A DNA stretch of 64,000 nucleotides from contig CAVTTN010000002.1 in assembly GCA_963737655.1 (NCBI GenBank), positions 800,001 through 864,000 on the forward strand, written 5' to 3'. This DNA comes from an uncultured Planctomycetota bacterium. GTDB lineage: Bacteria > Planctomycetota > Planctomycetia > Isosphaerales > Isosphaeraceae. Positions 55,735 to 64,000 of this stretch are shown one piece after another. Below the pieces are notes generated by a model. That model ran no database searches. It was given only the letters and a program-made list of their open reading frames with translations, and was not told the origin of the DNA. A program made the translations under genes and the position numbers. Positions within the stretch are counted from its first letter, which is position 1. The number at the start of each line of letters is the position of its first letter.

Positions 55735-55786
55735 AAATGGTGTCAGATCGTATTTTTGAGTCCGAAAATATGATCTGACACCATTT
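55735..55786. repeat. A/T-tract-bounded inverted repeat (REPIN-like)
   Basis: AAATGGTGTCAGATCGTATTTT / AAAATATGATCTGACACCATTT (21/22) with an 8-bp spacer. Confidence 0.85.
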
Positions 55787-55869
55787 CCACTCCCAATTCC
55801 GCCGGGCCTGACATCGCGGGCGCCTCTCGGTACGATGGGAGGCGTGGGTTCGAGGCCCGGAGCGCGATC

Positions 55870-57479
55870 GTGGCGGATTCGGATCGAGGCAGGGCGCTCC
55901 GTCGGGCGGTGGTGGCGGGGCTGGTGGTCCCTGGGGCCTCCTCGCGCTGGGGTTGGCGTGGATGGGGCGGCGCGGGGCCGAGCCGTCGCCGTTGAGGGCC
56001 GTGAGCGGGGAGATCGTCCCGGGGATCTTCCTCCTGGCGGGGCTCGGGCCGTCGGCCGCCTATGCGGTCGAGACGCCGGCGGGGATCGTCCTGATCGACT
56101 CGGGCCTGGAGGCCGACGCCCGCCCTCTCAAGGCCGAGATGGCCAAACTAGGGCTCGATCCCAACGACGTCCGCGCGGTCTTCCTGACCCACGCCCACGG
56201 CGACCACACCGGAGGCGCGGGCCAGGTCCGGCAGGATGCCAAGGCGAAGGTTTACGCGGGGCAGGGGGACGCCCAGGTCCTCCGCGACGGCGGCCCTCGC
56301 GAGGCGGTCTTCAGCAACTTCTACATGCCGAACCATTCGCCCCATCCCACCCCGGTCGATGTCGAGCTCTCCGGCGGCGAGACGTTCGATTTCGGCGGGG
56401 TGAAGGTCCAGGCCCTCGCCTGCCCGGGACACACCCCGGGGAGCACCTGCTACCTCGTCGAGAAGGGCGGGTCCCGCGTCCTGTTCACCGGCGACGTCAT
56501 CATGCAGCTCGGGGGAGAGCAGACCGCCGGGATCTACTCGGCGTACCTCGCGCCTCGCTATCGAGGGGACACGGTGTCTTATTTGAATACCCTTCGGACC
56601 TTGCGGGCGATGCCCGTGCCGGACCTCGTCCTCCCCGGCCATCCGTTCTCGGACTCGTCGCCGCAGAGTCCTCGACTGAGCCCGTCGCGGTGGACATCGA
56701 TGCTCGACGCCGCGATCGGCGACCTGGAAATCCTCCGGGATCGGCATCGGGCCGATGGTCCCGACTTCCTCGACGGCCAACCGAAGGCGATCTTGCCGGG
56801 CGTGTGGTATCTCGGCGATGTCGAGGGGAGGGCGGTCTACGCCCTGGCCGGTTCGAAGGGCCTCGCTTTGGTCCATGCGCCGGGCGATTCGGGGCTGGCG
56901 GAGCGGGTCGCCGATCGCTTGAAGAAACTGGGCGTCGAGCCGTCGCAACCTTCGGTCGTCCTGCTGACGACGGCCGATCCCTCGGCGATCGGCGGGCTTC
57001 GGGGCGTCGTCGAGCGGTGGCATCCCACGGTCGTGGCCCCGGAGGATTCGCTCCAGGCGGTCCGCGACGCCTGCCCGGCGGGGACCGCGATCGTCCCGGC
57101 CTCCCCGACGTTGCCGGACGGGCTGGGCGAGGCGATCCCTCTCGGGCAATCCTCGGCGTTCGTCCTTTCTCGCGAGGGGAAAACGGTCCTCCTGACCGGG
57201 CGGTTCCCGATCCTGTTCGATCATGACTCGACCGAGGCCCTGGCCCGCGAGACGTCCGGCTCTCGCGACTCGGTGATGGATTACCTCGCGGCCCTCGATC
57301 GGCTGGCGAGGCTCCGGCCCGACGTCTGGTTGCCGGCGGTACCTTCCGAGGGCCAGAACGCGAACCTGTACGATCGTGAGTGGGAGACTTTGATCGCGAA
57401 CAACTTCCGGCTCGGTTATCATGAGCTGAGCCGGGCGGTCGGCCCGGCGCTGCCCCGGCCGTCGCCCCCCGGAAGATGA
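55870..57479 (+). CDS. Membrane-anchored MBL-fold metallo-hydrolase with second degenerate MBL domain (N-terminus apparently frameshifted near 55930)
   Basis: LIDSG, THAHGDHTGG, PGHTPG, TGD, LPGH. GTG at 55870 gives 'RRAVVAGLVV', which continues into 'GLLALGLAW' in the main frame. Confidence 0.85.
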
Positions 57480-57495
57480 GGATGAGGCCCGTCCG

Positions 57496-59864
57496 ATGAA
57501 CTCGCTTCTCAAGCTGGCCCTGGGCGCCGTGGTCTGCGTGGTGATCGCCGGGGGCGTGGTGGTCGGGCTCATGTACTCCCTCGACGAGGTCGGCCCGAGG
57601 AGGCCGGTCGTCCCTGCTCCGACCGTCGCCCCGCCTCCGGATGCGACGGCCGAGGCGGCCGAACCGAAACGGGGCGACTCGCCGTTCATCGACCCCTCCC
57701 TGTTCGAGGACGGCGGCCTCGGCGTCGCCGCGACGTTCAGCGGCGCGATCCACGACCCTCGCTCGCTGGACGACCTCCGCAAGGCCATCGAGGCGCGAGG
57801 CACCGTCTCGGTCTCGACGGTCCAGGCCGAGCTCGCCGGGGCCGAGTCCGCTCCCGGCGACCGGAAGACGAGGGCGGCCTATCTCGCGAAGCTCCACCGG
57901 ACGCTCGGTCAGCTTCACATGTACAATGGAAAGTTTGAACTCGCGACGAAGGACATGGAGGCGGCCCGGACGCTCGGGGCCGAGGGCGGCATGCCCGACC
58001 GGCTCCGGGACGACCTCACGGCCGTCCTGGGCATCCTCGCCCTGCGCCGCGGGGAGGTGGCCAACTGCATCGAGTGCGTCGGGCCGTCCTCGTGCATCTT
58101 CCCGATCGCCAGGGAGGCCATGCACACCGTCCCGGCCGGCTCTCGCGAGGCGGTCGCCCGGTTCACGGAGTATCTCGATCGCGCCCCGGGCGACCTCCGC
58201 GTTCGATGGCTCCTGAACCTCGCCAACATGACTTTGGGCGAGTATCCGCAGGGCGTCCCGAAACGCTATCTGATCCCGCTCGATCGGTTCGCGTCGAGCG
58301 GCGACATCGGCCGGTTCGAGAACGTGGCGACGGTCGCCGGGCTCACCGCGAGGGGGCCGAACCAGGCCGGCGGGAGCGTGTTCGACGACCTGAACGGCGA
58401 CGGCTGGCCCGACCTCTTCCTCACGTCGCTCGACGCCGACCGCGGCCCGTCGGTCCTGATCAACCGGGGCGACGGCACGTTCGAGGACCGCTCGTCCGCC
58501 TCGGGCACCGGCGACCAGATCTACGCCCTGAACGTGACGAGGGCCGACATCGACAACGACGGCGACCTCGATTTGCTCCTGCTCCGGGGCGCCTGGGAAA
58601 AGCCCATGAGGATGTCCCTGCTGAGGAACAAGGGAGACGCCACGTTCGAAGATATCACGATCGCCGCCGGCCTCGCCGAGCCGATCGCCAGCGAGTCGGC
58701 CGCGTGGGGAGATTTCGATAACGATGGATTCCTCGACGTGTTCGTGAGCGGCGAGTCCCTCCCGCCCCTGGGCGACCTGAACGGCCGGCCGCCCGACCCG
58801 AGGAACCGCTGCCGGCTCTATCGCAACCGGGGAAATGGCACGTTCGAGGACGTGGCGGCCTCCGCCGGGGTGGCCGACGAGCTCTGCTCCAAGGGCTCCG
58901 CCTGGGGCGATTACGACGGCGACGGCAAGCTGGACCTCTACGTCTCGAACATGGTCGGCGCGTGCCGTTTGTATCACAACGAAGGCTCGGGCAAGTTCGT
59001 CGACGTGGCGCCCAAACTCGGAGTGACCGGGGCCGATCGCAGCTTCGCCGTCTGGTTCTGGGATTATGATAATGACGGCAAGCTCGACATTTTCGTGAAC
59101 GACTACGCCATCAGCCTGGCCGAAACCGCCGCCCTGGCGATGGGCCGGCCGCTCGACCGCGAGAGCCGCCCCCGCCTCTATCGCAACCTCGGCCCGAGGG
59201 GTTCCGCGACGTCACCATCGACGTGAAGCTCGATCGCCCGATGGCGCCGATGGGGTGCAACTTCGGCGACGTGGACAATGACGGCTATCTCGACCTCTAT
59301 TTCGGGACAGGCGGGATGTCGTATGAATATCTCGTTCCCAACCTCATGTTCAGGAACGCGGAAGGCAAGACCTTCCAGGACGTGACGACCTCGGGAGGCA
59401 CCGGACACCTCCAGAAAGGCCACGGCGTCTCGTTCGCCGACTTCGACGGCGACGGCGATCTCGACGTGTTCTGCGAGGCCGGAGGCGCCGTACCCGGGGA
59501 TCGCTCCTACAATTTGCTGTTCAGGAACCCGGGACACAAGCGGCACTGGCTCCAGGTCAAGCTCGTCGGGACGAAGACCAACCGGGCGGCCCTCGGCGCC
59601 ACGATTCGGGCCGTGATGAAGGGGAGAAACGGGGCGTCGCGGTCGATCTATCGGACGATCGGCAACAATTCCAGCTTCGGCGGCAATCCCCTGGTCGAAA
59701 CGCTCGGCCTGGGGGACGCGGATCGGGTCGAGGAGCTGGAAATCACCTGGCCGGCGGGATCGAAGCAGACGTTCCGAGACGTGGCGAGCGATCGGCTCGT
59801 GAGGATCACCGAGGGGACGGACCAGGTCGAGTCGGTCGAGAGGACCAGGGGGGCGACTCGGTGA
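57496..59864 (+). CDS. FG-GAP repeat/ASPIC-UnbV (CRTAC1-like) protein; 1-nt deletion near 59193
   Basis: N-terminal TM helix, GE..NC..C...SCIFP, several DxDxDGxxD loops, HLQKGHG, 'HWLQVKLVG...NRAALG..I'. The paralog has CCCC where this copy has CCC. Confidence 0.9.
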
Positions 59865-61513
59865 CGGGCCCGGCGATCGAGACCAAATCAAGGCGGACGA
59901 GGCGATGGGCGGCCCTCGTCGTGGCGGCGGCGGGGCTGGCGGCGATCGTGCCGGTCTTCCTGGCGATGAGGAAGCCCTCGAAGCCCGAGCCGTCGCTGCT
60001 GGGGACCGAGAGCGTGGAGGTCGTCCCGGGGGTGTATTACATCGCCGGGCTCGGCCCGTCGGCCGCTTATGAGGTCGAGACGAGTGAGGGCCTCGTACTG
60101 ATCGACTCGGGCCTGGACCCGGCCGGGGCGGTCCTGAACGCCGAGACGGCCCGGCTCGGACTCGACCTGAAACGGGTCAAGGCGGTCCTCCTGACCCACG
60201 CCCACGGCGACCACACCGGAGGCGCCGCGGCCGTCCGCTCGGCGACCGGGGCGAAGGTCTATGCGGGGAAGGAGGACGCCGCGATCATCCGCGACGCCGC
60301 CCCTCGCGAGGCGATCTTCAGCACGTTCCCGATGACCGGGCACGTCCCCAGGAAGACCCCGGTGGACGTCGAGCTGACCGGCGGCGAGACCCTCCGCGTC
60401 GGCGACACCACGTTCCAGGTCCTGGCGATGCCCGGCCACTCTCCCGGGAGCATCGGCTACCTGATGGAGCGCGACGGCACCCGCATCCTGTTCGCCGGAG
60501 ACGTGGTGACGATGCTCCTGGGGGACGGCAACCCCCATCCGATGGGCCTCCGGCCCCTGGGGACCTACTCCGCGTTCCTGGCGCCTCGCTATCGAGGGGA
60601 CCTGGAGGCGTATCTCGCGACCCTGAGGATGCTTCGGAGTCTACCGCCGCCGGACCTGGTCTTGCCGGGCCATCCGGGTTCCGACCCGTTCCCTCAGAAC
60701 CCGCACCTCGGCCTGGATCGGTGGCGGCAGCTCCTCGACGAGGGCATCCACGACCTGGAATTGCTCCGGGACCGCTACCAGGCCGACGGCCGCGACTTCC
60801 TCGACGGCCAGCCCAAGACGCTGCTCGACGGCCTGGCCTATCTCGGAGACTTCGGCGGGGGGGCGGTGTACGCCCTGAAAACGCCTCGGGGAACGGTCCT
60901 CGTGAACGCGCCCGGAGGCCCGGGGCTGGCGGATTTCGTCGCGGAACGGCTGGCCCGAGAGGCAATGGGGAAAGCCGGACCGGCGTTCGTCCTGCTGACC
61001 TCGGCCGACCCGGCGGCGGTGGCGGGCCTGAAGGACGTGGTCGATCGCTGGAAGCCCACGGTCCTGGCCCCCCCGGGTGGCGAGGCGGCCGTTCGCGCGG
61101 CCTGTCCGCCGTCGGCCGAGGTCCGCGGCGTGAACGCGACCGAGGACTTCGGGGCCGAGGGAAAAGGCCCGGCCCTCTCGCTCCGAACGATCCCCCTGAA
61201 GGGCCGGGACCTGGCGCCGGCGGCCTATGTGTTCACGAGGGACGGCAAGATCGTGCTGATCACCGGGCGAATCCCCTCGGGGATCGACCCGGAGTCGGCC
61301 GAGGCGCTCAAGGCCGAGTTCGCCGGCGCCCGCGATCCGGCCATCGAGTTCCTCCTGTCGATCCAGAAACTCGCGAAGATCGAGCCCGACGTGTGGCTCC
61401 CGAGCATCCCCCACAACGGCCAGAACGCCAACGTCTACGACACCGATTGGACCTATGTGATCGAGAACAATTATCGGCTCGGGAGGTCGTTGCTGGGCCC
61501 GTATGGGCGATGA
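59861..61513 (+). CDS. Membrane-anchored MBL-fold metallo-hydrolase, paralog 2
   Basis: TM helix; THAHGDHTGG, PGHSPG, AGD, LPGH; degenerate second MBL domain. Confidence 0.9.
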   Translation: MTGPAIETKSRRTRRWAALVVAAAGLAAIVPVFLAMRKPSKPEPSLLGTESVEVVPGVYYIAGLGPSAAYEVETSEGLVLIDSGLDPAGAVLNAETARLGLDLKRVKAVLLTHAHGDHTGGAAAVRSATGAKVYAGKEDAAIIRDAAPREAIFSTFPMTGHVPRKTPVDVELTGGETLRVGDTTFQVLAMPGHSPGSIGYLMERDGTRILFAGDVVTMLLGDGNPHPMGLRPLGTYSAFLAPRYRGDLEAYLATLRMLRSLPPPDLVLPGHPGSDPFPQNPHLGLDRWRQLLDEGIHDLELLRDRYQADGRDFLDGQPKTLLDGLAYLGDFGGGAVYALKTPRGTVLVNAPGGPGLADFVAERLAREAMGKAGPAFVLLTSADPAAVAGLKDVVDRWKPTVLAPPGGEAAVRAACPPSAEVRGVNATEDFGAEGKGPALSLRTIPLKGRDLAPAAYVFTRDGKIVLITGRIPSGIDPESAEALKAEFAGARDPAIEFLLSIQKLAKIEPDVWLPSIPHNGQNANVYDTDWTYVIENNYRLGRSLLGPYGR

Positions 61514-61759
61514 TCGCCCGGCTGTGCTCCAGGGCAAGTCGCGGCCTTTCCTCCCCCCGTCAGGGTCGTTCGGTTCTTCATTCTGGGGCGGAGCTTACCC
61601 TCTGCCCCGAGGCGGGGCAGGGGGCGTCAGAGGCTCCCGCTTGAACAACCGATCGGCCCCGCTTCCCCCCGACGGGACGGTTGCCGCGACCGTCCCCGGT
61701 GCCTTATGATCGGGGAGCGGGGTCGTCCGCCCTACATTCCGACAAATCGAGATGCTTAA

Positions 61760-64000
61760 ATGCGAACACCGATGAAGTTCGCCCTGGCGGGCGTCCTGTG
61801 CGTCGCCGGAGCGGGCGGCGTGGTCGCGGCGATCTGGATCGCGTCGGGCGAGTCCCCCTATGGCTCGTCGGCGAGGAAGGCCCGGCCTCCTGCGTCCGCC
61901 CCGCTCGCGACGAAGGCAGCCGTCCCCGAAAAGCCGCCGGAGCCCCCGAGGCCGATCGGCACGTTCATCGACGTCAACCCGCTGGACGATGGCGGGATCG
62001 GCTTCGCCCAGCAATTCACCGGCTCGATCCGCGACCCGAAGTCGCTGGCGCAGCTTCGCGAGGCGGTAGACGTCCGCGGCCGGCTCGCCCTGAACGTCCT
62101 GGAGTCCGAGCTCGACCAGCTCCACCTCGGCACCCAGACCCCTCGCGACGGCGTGGCCTACGGCGTGAAGCTCACCCGGAGCATCGGCCTCCTCTATATG
62201 TACGAGGGGAAGTTCGATCTCGCCGCCGTCTCGTTCGAGAGGGCCGAGGCGCTCGCCCGATCGGCCGGGATGTCGTGGAAGGACCGGACCGACCTGATCG
62301 CCCTCCGGGGGATCGTCTCGTTGAGGCGGGGCGAGGTGGCCAACTGCATCGAGTGCGTCGGGCCGTCCTCGTGTATCTTCCCGATCGTCAAGGAGGGCGC
62401 TCACACCGTCCCCGAAGGATCGCGGAAGGCCATCGCCTTCTTCTCGCGATACCTGGAGGAAGTGCCGGGCGACCTCCGCGTTCGGTGGCTCCTGAACCTC
62501 GCCTACATGACCCTGGGCGAGTATCCCGAGAAGGTCCCCCCGGAATTCCTGATCCCCCTGGACCGCTTCCAGTCGAACCGGGACCTGGGCCGGTTCGAGA
62601 ACGTGGCGAGCCCGGCCGGTCTGACCCTCCGGGGGCCGAACATGGCCGGCGGCAGCATTTTCGACGACTTCAACGGCGACGGCTTGCCCGACCTGTTCAC
62701 GACCTCGCTCGACGCCACGAGAGGCCCCTCCGTGTTCCTCAACAAGGGCGACGGCACGTTCGAGGACCACTCCTCGGCCGCCGGGGTGGCCGATCAGGTG
62801 TTCGTCCTGAACCTCACCCGGACCGACTTCGACAACGACGGCGACCTCGATTTGCTCCTGCTCCGGGGCGCCTGGGACATCCCGATGCGGCTGTCCCTCC
62901 TGAGGAACAAGGGAGACGCCACGTTTGAAGACGTGACGATTTCCGCCGGGCTCGCCGACCCGATCTCCACGGAGTCGGCCGCGTGGGGCGATTATGACAA
63001 CGACGGCTTCCTCGACCTGTTCGTCTGCGGAGAATTCGTCCCGCCCACCGGCCCCGGCCCCGGGTTCGTCCCCAAGCCCGCCAACCGCTGCCGGCTCTAT
63101 CACAACAACGGCGACGGCACGTTCAAGGACGTCGCCGCCGAGGCGGGCGTCCTGAACGAGCACTGCGCCAAGGGATCCGCCTGGGGCGATTACGACGGCG
63201 ACGGCAAGCTGGACCTCTTCGTCTCGAACATGGACGGACCCAGCCGGCTCTATCACAACGAGGGCTCGGGCAAGTTCGTCGATCGGGCCGCCGAGCTCCA
63301 CGCCACGGCCGATCGCGGCTTCGCCTGCTGGTTCTGGGACTATGACAACGACGGCAAGCTCGACCTGTTCGTCAACTTCAAGGGGATCTCGCTGGCCGAG
63401 GAAGTGGCCATCGCCACCGGGGCCGAGTCGGAGAAGCCCGTGCATCCGAGGCTCTATCGCAACCTCGGCCCCGAGGGGTTCCGCGAGGTGGCGAAGGAGG
63501 TCGGCCTCGATCGCGGGTTGACCCCGATGGGGTGCAACTTCGGGGACATCGACAATGACGGCTATCTCGACATCTACGAGGGCACCGGCGAGATGTCCTT
63601 CTCCGGCCTGGTGCCGAACCGGATGTTCGCGAACGTCGGCGGGACGAAATTCGAAGACGTGACCATGTCCACCGGGACGGGGCATCTGCAAAAAGGACAC
63701 GGGGTCTCGTTCGCCGACTTCAATGCCGACGGCCAGCTCGACCTCTTCGTCGAGGCCGGAGGGGCGGTGCCGGGGGACAACGCCTACAACGTCCTGTTCA
63801 AGAACCCGGGGCACAAGGCCCACTGGCTCCAGGTCAAGCTCGTGGGGACGAAGACCAACCGGGCGGCGATCGGGACGAAAATCCGCGCCGCGGTGAAGGG
63901 GAAGGACGGCCTGCGGTCGATCTATCGGACGATCGGCAACAATTCCAGCTTCGGCGGCAACACGCTGGTCGAGTCGATCGGGCTTGGGGACGCCGACCGG
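61760..64000 (+). CDS. FG-GAP/ASPIC-UnbV protein, paralog 2 (runs off the window end)
   Basis: ATG at 61760 or 61772 (MKFALAGVLCVAG); collinear with 57496-59864; no stop seen before 64000. Confidence 0.9.
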   Translation, partial: MRTPMKFALAGVLCVAGAGGVVAAIWIASGESPYGSSARKARPPASAPLATKAAVPEKPPEPPRPIGTFIDVNPLDDGGIGFAQQFTGSIRDPKSLAQLREAVDVRGRLALNVLESELDQLHLGTQTPRDGVAYGVKLTRSIGLLYMYEGKFDLAAVSFERAEALARSAGMSWKDRTDLIALRGIVSLRRGEVANCIECVGPSSCIFPIVKEGAHTVPEGSRKAIAFFSRYLEEVPGDLRVRWLLNLAYMTLGEYPEKVPPEFLIPLDRFQSNRDLGRFENVASPAGLTLRGPNMAGGSIFDDFNGDGLPDLFTTSLDATRGPSVFLNKGDGTFEDHSSAAGVADQVFVLNLTRTDFDNDGDLDLLLLRGAWDIPMRLSLLRNKGDATFEDVTISAGLADPISTESAAWGDYDNDGFLDLFVCGEFVPPTGPGPGFVPKPANRCRLYHNNGDGTFKDVAAEAGVLNEHCAKGSAWGDYDGDGKLDLFVSNMDGPSRLYHNEGSGKFVDRAAELHATADRGFACWFWDYDNDGKLDLFVNFKGISLAEEVAIATGAESEKPVHPRLYRNLGPEGFREVAKEVGLDRGLTPMGCNFGDIDNDGYLDIYEGTGEMSFSGLVPNRMFANVGGTKFEDVTMSTGTGHLQKGHGVSFADFNADGQLDLFVEAGGAVPGDNAYNVLFKNPGHKAHWLQVKLVGTKTNRAAIGTKIRAAVKGKDGLRSIYRTIGNNSSFGGNTLVESIGLGDADR

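Noticed and set aside
55953..61513. Calling the MBL proteins beta-lactamases
   Set aside because: HxHxDH is shared across the whole MBL superfamily; substrate cannot be inferred from sequence alone.

Overview
High-GC bacterial DNA, very probably from a Planctomycete (Isosphaeraceae-like). This is inferred from an ECF sigma factor coupled to a WD40 Ser/Thr kinase, expanded Uma2 nucleases, ASPIC/UnbV FG-GAP proteins and a PEP-CTERM protein. In order, the window holds: an ECF/kinase pair; a REP-associated tyrosine transposase (RAYT) between 24-bp inverted ends; SDR/TetR genes; Uma2 and other small genes; coaE-rho; a secreted hydrolase-like protein; a repeat-rich intergenic region with a solo integron attC site; a SnoaL/Gly-rich surface-protein pair; a ~17-kb minus-strand cluster (ackA, xfp, His-phosphatase, glgX, LOG, glgP, AI-2E, RND pump, ppk2); a GH63-like glucosidase, a BASS transporter, a cNMP-patatin and DUF4105; small accessory ORFs; and a tandem duplicated MBL-hydrolase/ASPIC-UnbV pair. 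The most striking signal is non-coding. At least five palindromic repeat families and two MITE-like elements with 9-bp target duplications are nested inside each other and inside the RAYT end repeats, reaching five layers at 19.3-19.6 kb. About ten frameshifting small indels, mostly in G/C runs and including one in rho, are best explained as sequencing errors.
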